From the NCBI GenBank assembly GCA_963843145.1, contig CAWJJC010000022.1, positions 438,006-502,005 on the forward strand: a stretch of DNA of 64,000 bases, in the 5' to 3' direction. The notes beneath the pieces are model-generated. The model made no database searches and had not been told where the DNA came from. It worked only from the letters and a program-made list of their open reading frames with translations. Source of the stretch: an uncultured delta proteobacterium (GTDB lineage: Bacteria; Desulfobacterota; RBG-13-43-22). This document shows, piece by piece, positions 39,171 to 48,234 of the stretch (the stretch's first letter is position 1; every line of letters starts with the position of its first letter). Made by a program: the position numbers and the translations under genes.

Positions 39171-39367
39171 TTAGTACGAAAATAATCTTGAATACCGCTT
39201 TTTAGGCCTTTGTCTTGTGTCGTCATACCGGACTTGATCCGGTATCCAGGACCTCCGGAGCTTAACCGAGGCTGGATTCCGGATCGCGTCACGCCTTAGG
39301 CGTGACTTGTCTGGAATGACGAATCTTGGTCAATATTTTCATGATTCGCGGGTGCCCTGCGGGGCCG
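39171..39367. repeat. TAGTACGAAAAT...ATTTTCATG module containing a CGTC REP doublet (39221-39321)
   Basis: Same end motifs as the 2.1, 25.6 and 27.8 kb copies. Confidence 0.78.
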
Positions 39368-39407
39368 CAGACTTTATTACCAAGGAGGCGTCCACCTTGA
39401 CCAGGGA

Positions 39408-39456
39408 ATCTGACTTGGCGACGCTGTTCCCGATCAAGTCGAGCGACTGGTTGGGC
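39408..39456 (-). other. degenerate attC-like site after the RelE gene
   Basis: GCCCAAC-cagtcgctcgACTTGa...CAAGT on the minus strand; no clean R' box. Confidence 0.45.
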
Positions 39457-39769
39457 GTTGTCGCTCATCTTGCTCCTTTAGCCGCTTCCACCAATAAAAA
39501 GGTCGCCTTTTTTGATGAGCACACGATACTATTCGATTAGGATCCGGGTAAACAGCATAGATCAGATTGTAGGGAAACCGCCACAAGGTCTTCCGCCGCA
39601 TCCTCTTTCCTATTGGTTGGGAAGCCTCGGGGCTTTTTGAAATCTGATCGAGCGCTCGTTCCACCTCCCGAAGAAAGTCCGAGCCAAGCCCAGGCTTACG
39701 GACCTCATAGTACTGCGCCGCCTCTGTGATTTCGGCATCAGCATCGGGATGGAATACGATCAGTTTCAC
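39434..39769 (-). CDS. RelE/ParE family toxin
   Basis: FHPDA.AEI.EA..YY....GLG..F, RFPY.LIY, AHQKRRP.YW. Confidence 0.9.
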   Translation of the reverse strand: MKLIVFHPDADAEITEAAQYYEVRKPGLGSDFLREVERALDQISKSPEASQPIGKRMRRKTLWRFPYNLIYAVYPDPNRIVSCAHQKRRPFYWWKRLKEQDERQRPTSRST

Positions 39770-39990
39770 GAGATAGCAGCCCGCGCTCGGCGAAGTACTT
39801 CTTTCGCCGGTATCTCAGTCACCTGCCCCCGCTCCATCTCGTCAAGGCGGCGTTCCGCTTCCTCAAGCCACAACGCCTCGACCTCCGCTTCAGATAACTC
39901 GTCGAGGCTCTCGACTATCCACTTTGCGAGCGCCGCCCGATCCTTCAAATCCAGTTTCTTGATCTCGGCTTCGATTTCTTTGAGGCTCAT
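39766..39990 (-). CDS. addiction module antitoxin
   Basis: DRAALA..I.ESLD......W..EAERR; overlaps the toxin start. Confidence 0.88.
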   Translation of the reverse strand: MSLKEIEAEIKKLDLKDRAALAKWIVESLDELSEAEVEALWLEEAERRLDEMERGQVTEIPAKEVLRRARAAIS

Positions 39991-40036
39991 AAGGTCACTC
40001 CTTTGTTGTTCACTACTATCAGGTCTCTCATTTCAT

Positions 40037-40129
40037 GCCCAACGCCCAAGCTGAGTGACAGCGGCCAGCGACGTTACCGCTAAGCGCCACCGCCTGCATC
40101 CCGCCGTCCATTCAGGCGCTTAGTTGGAT
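40037..40129 (-). other. integron attC recombination site
   Basis: Minus strand: ATCCAAC (RYYYAAC) ... GCCTGAAT ... ACTCAGC ... GTTGGGC (GTTRRRY), imperfect palindrome, 93 bp. Confidence 0.75.
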
Positions 40130-40180
40130 GCGGGAGAAATTTATCTTAGTAGAGAAAAATTCTCATACAATGCAGGGACG

Positions 40181-40452
40181 TTAGGCCTGAGAGTGGGCCT
40201 TAAGCCAGTCGCGTAGGGCATCGTTGATTCGAGACTGCCATCCTTTGCCCGTGGACTTGAAGGCGGAGAGTAGTAGGTCCAAAGAATGTTCACCGTCTTC
40301 TTCGGAGATTCCACCGTAGGCCGGCCGCGCCTGGGGAGCACCGCCATCAGCTCTGGGGGCAGCACCTTGGAGGCTGGTTTGAAATACTTGAAGTCATCGG
40401 CGGCAAGTTCGCGGACCTCGCCGTCTTCGTCAGTCGGTAATTGTTTCGTCAT
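40181..40452 (-). pseudogene. BrnA-family antitoxin, frameshifted, cognate toxin essentially absent
   Basis: DEDGEVREL...RRGRP....K..VNI, then in another frame FKSTGKGWQSRINDALRDWLK; stop lies inside GCCTAAC. Confidence 0.78.
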
Positions 40453-40659
40453 GGTTGGGTCAAAGTCGATTCTCCTAGAATTATTGTATCCACAAAAAAT
40501 AAGGCCATCAACTCTTCCCTTAGGCATTCATCAATAATAATGCTTTTGTGGCCAATCGTTCGAGTTTATTCTTTTGCTCCGCTAAAGGGATCAATATTCT
40601 ATATTAGCCTTCTTTCCATAATTCATACCCGGGCCATACCTCATGACTTGGCCCGGGAT

Positions 40660-41695
40660 CTATACCGAACATTTCGAAAACAGTTTCTCAAACAGCTTTT
40701 TCAAGGCCTCATCTTCCGCCATTCGGGACACCAGCCTTCTTCCTTTCCTGACTGACCGCGCTGCCGCCTATCCCGAAAAGGCTTCCGATCTCGTCTCCGG
40801 TCAATCCGCCTACCCGATACAGCAATTCCATGGCCAACCGGCGCCGGTCCCCCTTGGAAGATTTAAGCTCTTCCAAACTCAAACCGGTTTCCACTGCCAG
40901 AAATTCCAGGACCTGCTCCTTGGATCGATAGCGTTTCAAGGCGTTATATCCGCTGTAGTCCCCGACCGGCAGTTCCTTAATGTGTTTTTCCCGGACCCAT
41001 TGGATATAACCCGCTCGGCCCAGAACACACCCGCCGACTATTTTTCCTTTCAGTTCGAGGCCCCCGACGAGGTCCTCTCGGGTCCGTTTTCCATAACCAC
41101 GCCGTCCCTTTGGGTTGTCCCCGCCGAATTCACCCAAAACCAACCCGTAATCCACCCCCGGCCATCGGGCTTTGACATTCAAATATCCCGGTAGGGTGCT
41201 CCAAGGATAGTCCAGCAGATAGTGCCACCGGACTTTGGCGTCTTCCGATTCCAGCTCTCGGGTCCGGACCGGGTTCAAGTGGATATAGCGGGACAGCTCG
41301 GACAGATAACTCTCTTTTTCCACCAGAATGCTTTTATACCGGCCTTGGTACAAGTGGCCCACCCGCCCGTGCCGGCGGTTGAAATAGCCGGTATAGGTGA
41401 TGTTAAACCGCCGCATGAATTCGTTCAAATTGCCCAGAGGGGTCTCCAGCAACAAATGAAAATGGTTCCCCATCAAAACCCCGGCATGCATCTTCACGTT
41501 ATAGATGATTAGGGACCCCGCCAGGATTTCCAGGAATTCCGTCCGGTCCGTATCGTCCCGGAAGATGTCCTGACGGTCATTGCCCCGGCAGGTGACGTGA
41601 TATAACGCCCCGGGATATCGGATGCGCAAAGGTCGGCTCATGGAATCTCTGTATCAATATGGAATGGAGGATGTCAATACTAAAGATTTGACCCC
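40660..41695 (-). mobile_element. Y1 HUH tyrosine transposase (RAYT-like, C-terminal HTH); CDS starts at 41641, frameshift near 40740; upstream GGGGTCA-type terminal motif at 41672-41695
   Basis: MSRPLRI..PGA.YHVT.RGN, LMGNHFHLL, GHLYQGRYKS, YIHLNP, YPWS. Confidence 0.88.
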
Positions 41696-41700
41696 TTTTT

Positions 41701-41753
41701 GCGCTGGTTAAGCGGCGTCGCGCCGCGCTGTTCGCTGGAACCGTTTGTAAGGC
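41701..41753 (-). other. attC-like site after nucC, truncated before R'
   Basis: GCCTTAC-aaacGGTTccAGCG...CGCTtAACC-agcgc, directly followed by aaaaaGGGGTCA. Confidence 0.6.
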
Positions 41754-41776
41754 GACCGTCTCATGTTGATCCTCGT

Positions 41777-42523
41777 TCATCGCTCGCCCCTTGCTTGGTC
41801 GAAGCGCGCAAGGTAAGCCGCATAGTCAATCGCTGGCGCGGTAGCCAGGAGTTGGAGCTGCTTGAGTAGACGAAATAAAAACTGTACGAGCGAACGCGGC
41901 CCTTCGGCGACTGCGACCTCGACGGGGTGTCCGGTGCGATAGTTGGCCTCGAACGCGCCGTGCACAAGGGCGCACCCGACGTCGAGCTGTGCCTCGGGAC
42001 CGAGCTCCTCCAGGGTATCGCGGAACGGCCCTCCGAAAGCCGGATTCCAAGAGCTTTGATACGTGACGAGGCCGGCGACGATGCGCGGTAAGGGCCTCGG
42101 CTTGTAGGCGCCCCCCGCGTGCGGAATCCGGACGGAAGTTCGATGGAGGCGGCGCACAGATGCGGCCTTCTCGCCCGCATAAATGACGTGTTCGTGACTC
42201 AAGTCCTGCTTGACTTCCAGCACGCCGTACACGCTCTCGGCCGGAACGTGGCGCTGGTTCGCCTGATTGTATAGGAAGGGCGAGTACTGACGGTCGTAGA
42301 TGACGACGTCGATTTGCTCACTACTAGCGCCGTTGGAATCGATGACGAACGCGCGGTCTGCTTGGTATCTCGCTGGCAGATGGTCTTTGAGTACGCGCAA
42401 CCAGTCCTCTTCGGACGCCTCGCCTCGGGCACCCGGATGCGTGACGGCCGCCCGGTTGCCGCGAAGCTCTCCTTCAAGTCGGGCTTGGAGGCCGTCGAGT
42501 ATCTCCGTCAGTCGGTCGGGCAT
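41777..42523 (-). CDS. nucC: CBASS effector endonuclease NucC
   Basis: HPGARGEASE..W, SEQIDVVIYDRQYSPF, PAESVY.V.EVKQ, ASVRRLHRTS..IPHAGG, FLFRL..QLQ...T.P.ID, collinear with NucC as I recall it. Confidence 0.93.
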   Translation of the reverse strand: MPDRLTEILDGLQARLEGELRGNRAAVTHPGARGEASEEDWLRVLKDHLPARYQADRAFVIDSNGASSEQIDVVIYDRQYSPFLYNQANQRHVPAESVYGVLEVKQDLSHEHVIYAGEKAASVRRLHRTSVRIPHAGGAYKPRPLPRIVAGLVTYQSSWNPAFGGPFRDTLEELGPEAQLDVGCALVHGAFEANYRTGHPVEVAVAEGPRSLVQFLFRLLKQLQLLATAPAIDYAAYLARFDQARGER

Positions 42524-42531
42524 TGGTCTCG

Positions 42532-43294
42532 TCACCAGATAATCCTCCCCCATGATTGTTCCTGCGCCGACTGCGCAGCCAAGTTGGCGATCCGTTCCTT
42601 CTCTATGTTCGTCAAATCGTCCGAAAGGACATTGCTTGTGTTCGCCGGGTCCTCGATACGGGTCGAGGTGAGAGATGTGCCGATCGTTCGTAGTGCGTAG
42701 AGGACGTTGTCGGCGAGCGCGGTTCGAGAGCGGCCCGCAAGCGCCCGGATGGTGAACAGCTCCAGATAGAGGGACGGAAAGTCTAGGCTCCGGAGAAAGC
42801 GCCAGATCTTAACAGCTCGAATCTCCATCACGCGACCCGAGTCCCGCACGGTCTGGACGTGCTCGGATACGTTGGTCTGCGTCCAGGAATCTCGCTTGCG
42901 AAGATACAGGCTGGCAGTAATTCTGGTATCCGGCTTGAATTTTGCCGGGGACGAGATCGCCTCGTGTTCCATTGATTGTGACGCCAATCGAAACGTTCTG
43001 CGCCCGCGGCGACCACCCCTGTTGCTGCGCAAGGTTATGGAGCTTGCTATAAATCTCCCTCAAGGTGTCCGTAGCGCTGGCTTTCAGCGAGATGAAAACA
43101 TCGACATCCGAGATTCCGCGTACGCCGGTCTCCTTGGCGTACGACCCTGAGTACTCAAGCGCATTCAGTTGCTGACCGGCCCATGTGCGAATTGGACCGG
43201 TCACCACAACGCCCAGCCGCTCCGCAGGCGAGGTCGGCCCACGGGCCACCGCGTACTTCGAAAGAACGGATTCGACGTACTGGTCTTGAGTCAT
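42532..43294 (-). CDS. CD-NTase (cGAS/DncV-like, SMODS) cyclic oligonucleotide synthase, 1-bp frameshift near 42914
   Basis: SGSYAKET.....SDVDVF, QNVSIG, DLVPG; second frame WTQTNV..H, KIW, PSLYLEL, DPANTSN; RBS aaaggag. Confidence 0.88.
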
Positions 43295-43341
43295 CGCACA
43301 ATCTCCTTTGGCGCCCAAAACTTCGAGTTTGGGCCGAGTTT

Positions 43342-43517
43342 GGGGTTGGACCCAATGCTGTTAACTTAACAGATTTAATCCTGAAATTAAGTCTTTGCCG
43401 TCATTCCGGCGGAAGCCGGAATCCAGATTTTTCAGGCTTTCTGGACCCCGGCTTTCGCCGGGGTGACGCTATGGACAAGGGAATTATCCTTAAGTTAACG
43501 GCATTAGGTCCGACCCC
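43342..43517. mobile_element. MITE-like element with 28-bp imperfect TIRs and an internal CGTC REP doublet
   Basis: ggggttggacccaatgctgttaacttaa (43342-43369) versus ttaagttaacggcattaggtccgacccc (43490-43517), 3 mismatches. Confidence 0.82.
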
Positions 43518-43532
43518 CAATTTTGTGTTGAG

Positions 43533-44417
43533 TCAGACTCTCCAGAAGCGCGATTGATCATTATTGACCTCGATCTTGTCGAATAAACTTTCCATAAGTG
43601 CTTCTAATCCGGAGCGGTCCCAACCAAAGAGACAAAATCTTGACCAAATTGACATTGAAAGCGCTCGAAGAACTTCTGCAGACAGACCCAATATGCTTTC
43701 AGGTGAAAGGCTCTTCTCCATTTGATGGACCCTGACTCCTGAGGCTGAACGTGTCTTGAATGCGCCATCGGCACCACCTACGAGCCCAAAGCTCAAATTG
43801 ATAAGCGCCCAAAAGTGTCCATGGGCGGCTCCCGAGAGGACTCGATAAAGCCATTCGCGGTCCAGCATCTGCGCCACAGTCTCCGTAACGCTCGGCATCA
43901 CGAGCCCGATCCCGGTGCGCTTCCCTTTCTTGTCTCGAAGCAGCTTGAAGCCAGCCTTGACCGCCTTTCGTTCGACTTCAAGTATCCTCTTGTGAACGCT
44001 TTCTGCGAGCGCAAGTTGCTTTATTGAGCGGGCAAATCTTTCCTGCTGGACGAGTCCTTCATTTCGGAACGCAAAACTGCGCTGAAGTCGTACTTTTTCG
44101 TCAATCGATGAGTCCGTGAGCCAGAGAGCCAGAGCGGAAGACTCAAGCACCGATCTTGCCAATGTCCATGGCGCAATGGTTTGTGTTGGAGCCGTCAATG
44201 ACTTGGCATATGTCGCGGCCACATCAGATGCAAACTCGACAAGCATCCCACTTTGACTGAAGGCGGTCTCCAGCAATTCCTTCTGAGTCGTGGAGGCGAG
44301 CTCTTGTTGGGCCTGCGACCGAGGCCAAGGATCGACGCCCGGAGTCCTGTATATTGCGCTAAAGCTTTCCCCGAAGCTCTCAACAGCTTCAATGCTTATG
44401 GCAAGCAGGTCACTCAT
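43533..44417 (-). CDS. hypothetical protein, DUF5677/HEPN-like helical family
   Basis: LARSVLE.....LWL and LYRVLSGAAHG motifs; RYYYAAC box at the stop codon. Confidence 0.6.
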   Translation of the reverse strand: MSDLLAISIEAVESFGESFSAIYRTPGVDPWPRSQAQQELASTTQKELLETAFSQSGMLVEFASDVAATYAKSLTAPTQTIAPWTLARSVLESSALALWLTDSSIDEKVRLQRSFAFRNEGLVQQERFARSIKQLALAESVHKRILEVERKAVKAGFKLLRDKKGKRTGIGLVMPSVTETVAQMLDREWLYRVLSGAAHGHFWALINLSFGLVGGADGAFKTRSASGVRVHQMEKSLSPESILGLSAEVLRALSMSIWSRFCLFGWDRSGLEALMESLFDKIEVNNDQSRFWRV

Positions 44418-45241
44418 TGGTCGACTTCCTCACCCCAAAATGAACCAATGCGATATTGAATCCATCACCGGATAGGTCATAAAGGGGCACGTATTTCACC
44501 GAATTCAGTATTCTTTAACGGAAACCTCTTCATGATGTCGGGCCAATGAATAAAACCAGCCGTTGTTCTGAATAAACCCAATAGTTCCCCGGGCAGCAGC
44601 TCTTCCACTTCGGAACGCGTTCAAAGGCCCTCACCGGAAGTCTCAACCTATCCGGCGACGCTCCCCCTAATGTCGCCGCTGGTGATCGCTTAATTGCGCC
44701 ACCACATTATGGCCGAAAGTTCAATCCACACCGGGCAACCCAGACTAAAAAGTAAGTGAACGTTAACATCAGAAAAACGAGTGAAAGGAATTAGGAATAG
44801 AACGGCCATGGGCCCCATGGTGTAAGTATACGTGTATAAAAGGTTTTGTAGGAAGTCAAGGCAAAAAGGCCAGATGGAAGATAGAAGAGAGAAGAGGGAA
44901 GGCCGGAAAATCAGAGATTGGGGAAAAGGGGATTAAAAGCGGAAGGTGATGAGCCAATTGAGGCCGTAAGTCGTTAGGCGCGGGGACGGTCGGCCAGGGG
45001 GGCCAGATCGACGGGGGGCATCCCTCAAAAGCCTTCTGGCAGGGTCCAGCCCTCATTCTTTTTCTGGCGAAAAGTGGAAAAATAGCCTTATAATAAAAAA
45101 GTCTTCTCCGTTTTTCTAATTTTTGCTAACGCGCATCCGCAAATCCAAGGTTTCCGGAGAGAACTGGCAGCGATCGGGTGAAAGAGGGCCCCTGGCCTCG
45201 GCCAGAAACTAAGGGGGCATAACCGTGCCATTGGAGATATT

Positions 45242-46928
45242 ATGAAAAAACGCTTGACCAGAGAGCAACTAACGCAGGAACTGGGAAAAATGCGCCGGCA
45301 ACTTCAGTCACTCGAAAGGTGTGGCTGGGAAAGGGAGGCCATCCAGGGTAAATACGATAAACTCCTGGAATCGGCCCCGGACGCCATGTTCTTCATCGAT
45401 CGAGAGGCCCGGATACTTCTCACTAATGCCCAGGCGGAGAAATTACTCGGATACCCCTTGGAAGAGTTGATTGGGAAAGACCTGCACTTTCTGATTCCGG
45501 AAAGATATCGCCTCAACCATAGAAAGAATCTGGCCGACTACTTTTCGCATCCCCTTGTTCGAAACATGGGAAGTGGTCTGAATATCTACGGACTCCGAAA
45601 AGACGGGACCGAATTCCCGGCTGACATCAGCCTCAGCCCGATCGAGGCGAACGGGGAAGTGCTGGTCATTGCCTCGGTCAGAGACGTCACGGAACGCAAG
45701 CAGGCGGAATTGCAGATCGAGCGGAATTACCGGATCCAGACGGCGATCAGCTCCGTGCTCAAGATTTCCTTGGAGCCGATTTCCCTGGAAGAGCAGTTGA
45801 ACAGAGTACTGGACCTGATTTTGATGATCCCCGGCCTTTCCTCCCAACGCCAGGGAACCATCTATATAGTCGAAAACGAACCGGAAGTCCTGGCTCTAAA
45901 AGCCTGGCGGAGCCTTCCCGGAATTCCCCCTCCCAGCGCCAGGATCTCCTTCAGCCAATGCCTCTGCGGGAAAGATATCTCAACCTGTACGACGGGCACT
46001 ACGGAATGTGGGGATGGACAACAGGGAACCCAACGGCCCGCCGAATTTCCGCACAGCTATTATTGCCTGCCCATTGCCTTAGCCGGGCAGACGCTGGGAC
46101 TGATCATCATCTTCATCGAAGAAGGCCACAAAAAAACCTTGGAGGAAGAAAGGTTCCTCACAGCCGTGGCCGACACCCTGGCAGCCGTGATGATGCGTCA
46201 GCAGGCCGAAATGGAGAAAAGCCGGCTTAAGGAGGAATTGGCCGAGGCGGAGAAAAAAGCGGCCCTCGGGAGAATAACCGCCAATTTGGCCGACAAAATC
46301 AGAAACCCCCTGACCGCCGTCGGCGGATTCGCCAGGAGACTCGACAAAAAGATTCCCGAAGGGTCTAAAGAGAAGGAGTATACGAAATTTATCCTGGCCG
46401 AGGTCGGCCGCCTGGAAAACATATTGCGAAACGTCCTTTCTTTATCCTGGGGCCCGGCCGCCCGCCCGGAGAAATGCGACCTGAAAGAAATTGTCCGGGA
46501 AGCCCTGGGGATTTTCGAGGAGCTGTGTAAAGAGCGCTCCATATCCCTGGAGCGGTCCTTGGAAGACGTGCCGCCCATCGAGGGGGAAAGGGAGTTGGTC
46601 CTGGTGGCGGTCGAGAATCTGATTTTCAATGCCATTGATGCTATGCCTCAGGGAGGCCGGCTAGCGGTGGCCACCGGAACAGCGACGATCAACGGGGCGG
46701 CCTATGCGATGGTCAAGGTCAGCGATACCGGCGAAGGGATTAAGAAAGAAGATCTGAACAGGATTTTTGAACCCTTTTTTACGACCCGGGTCTCCGCTAA
46801 AAGGATCGGACTGGGTCTTTCCGTTGCCAAGAGAGTCCTGGAGGATCACCAGGGGTGGATTCGAGGTGGAAAGCACGGTCGGCTCGGGCGCCAGCTTTGT
46901 TCTCTACTTCCCTCCCGCGGCGGAGTAG
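45242..46928 (+). CDS. PAS-GAF histidine kinase-like protein lacking the phospho-His; frameshift near 46862
   Basis: FixL-like PAS, GAF, H-box LADKIRNPL, NAIDAM, DTGEGI, FEPFFTT, GLGL; corrected end EVESTVGSGASFVLYFP. Confidence 0.85.
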
Positions 46929-46981
46929 TCCGATAAGCCGGCGCCTATAGGGTCAAACCCTGAGTCGGACGCCTGCTGCGC

Positions 46982-47755
46982 TTATTCCGGCGAGTTGTAA
47001 TTTTGGTAGTTGTAGGGATTTTCGAATCCGAGTTTTCGATACACCGGCTTCCCCAGGGCAGAGGCCTGCAGGCTGGCAAAAGTGCAGCCCCTGTTCCTCC
47101 CGGCTACCAGAGATTGGACGGTTATGGCCTTTCCAAAACCCTGGTTTCTGAATTTATCCAGAGTGGCGACCCAATAGATCCCCGCCACCGGTCCGGTTTT
47201 TACCAACATGGAAGTGCAGACCGGCTGGTTGTCGGCATACCCGACGAACAGCTCCGAATCAGGCAGCTTCAATAATCGCTCGGTGACCACGAAGGGCCCG
47301 GAACCCGCGGGAAGAGAATAACTTGTTTCGATGACTACCTGAGCCTGGGCTAATTCCTGGGGACTCGCAACCCGCCTGATTTCCAATTCCCCCCGGTAAG
47401 GGTTTTTATCCGGAAGGTCTAACAGGGTCATGACCGTTTCGGGGGCGGCCTCCGTATAGCCTCTTTGAGACAGCAGCGGCAAAAAGTCCTTTTCCAGACC
47501 GTATCTGAACGAGATACGGAAAGGCAGTTTCCCGGATTCAAAAAACTGCTCGCCTTTATTTACCAGCTTCGCCGGGTTCGACGTCTTCTCCTTAACGAAG
47601 AGGACATTAAACCGCCTGCTCGGGAAACCGCTGTTGAAGATGCTGAATTTGTAGCTATTGAAGAATTCACCGACGATGGTATTGGAGAGTAACAGCCCCA
47701 TACATGAAACATAATTATAATCGACTAAATCCTGCTGGGCTCTATCCAAATCCAT
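46982..47755 (-). CDS. GNAT family N-acetyltransferase
   Basis: AGIYWVATLDKFRNQGFG, LQAS..G..VY.KLGF. Confidence 0.88.
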   Translation of the reverse strand: MDLDRAQQDLVDYNYVSCMGLLLSNTIVGEFFNSYKFSIFNSGFPSRRFNVLFVKEKTSNPAKLVNKGEQFFESGKLPFRISFRYGLEKDFLPLLSQRGYTEAAPETVMTLLDLPDKNPYRGELEIRRVASPQELAQAQVVIETSYSLPAGSGPFVVTERLLKLPDSELFVGYADNQPVCTSMLVKTGPVAGIYWVATLDKFRNQGFGKAITVQSLVAGRNRGCTFASLQASALGKPVYRKLGFENPYNYQNYNSPE

Positions 47756-47779
47756 GGTTTGCCTCCCATTTCTCGATTT

Positions 47780-48127
47780 CTAATAAAGCAGCTCACCGGT
47801 TTCCCTGAGCTTGTCGAGCCAGAGTTGCTTAAGCACCCGAAGATCTTCCGTTGCGTCATAGTCCGAATCATTCTTGGGCGCAAGTTGGTCCAAGGCTTCG
47901 AAGGTAAAAGCGTCAGACCCGAATTCGGCCCAGTCCTTCTGCAGTTCCTGGTCCGGGTGTGAACCGTGCTCCAACTGAAAACGATGTCGATTAAGCCTTC
48001 CCGGAAGATTCGGGCTCGATCCGATAAGCGATTTCATCCGGATATTGTTGCGGACTCGGTACACCCCCGATGGAAGGGGGGTCTCTCTATACTTACGAAT
48101 AATTTCTTTACGATCCAAAACGCTCAC
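47780..48127 (-). CDS. GIY-YIG-like domain protein (different subfamily from 14077..14370)
   Basis: SGVYRVRN.....LIGSS.NL, NRHRFQL..GSH....LQ.DW..FG. Confidence 0.78.
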   Translation of the reverse strand: MSVLDRKEIIRKYRETPLPSGVYRVRNNIRMKSLIGSSPNLPGRLNRHRFQLEHGSHPDQELQKDWAEFGSDAFTFEALDQLAPKNDSDYDATEDLRVLKQLWLDKLRETGELLY

Positions 48128-48158
48128 TCCTGGTCAAGGTTTCTGTGGGGCTTTTTAT

Positions 48159-48198
48159 GCGGCGTTGACTCGTGGTAGGCAGCTTCCGCGGCAGGAAA
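48159..48198 (+). repeat. direct repeat copy 1 flanking yefM-yoeB
   Basis: gcggcgttgactcgtgg-nnn-gcagctt. Confidence 0.7.
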
Positions 48199-48234
48199 AC
48201 TATGCCCAGCGCCTGATCCACCAAGGCTCTTTTA

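Noticed and set aside
40141-40527. 128-aa ORF as an intact gene
   Set aside because: Chimera of promoter sequence, the BrnT stub, the BrnA N-terminus and an out-of-frame tail
42809-43032. Two separate genes or programmed frameshifting in the CD-NTase
   Set aside because: The halves join into one enzyme by removing 1 bp; no slippery sequence at the junction; many similar indels in the window
45130-45235. Possible cyclic-dinucleotide riboswitch upstream of the kinase
   Set aside because: Only scattered GCAAA/GAAA words; the conserved two-stem GEMM architecture could not be built
44420-45240. Integron integrase or attI expected upstream of the cassette cluster
   Set aside because: No tyrosine recombinase ORF or convincing attI seen
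47780-48127. Second GIY-YIG-like gene as part of the REP-associated system
   Set aside because: Different subfamily and not flanked by CGTC palindromes
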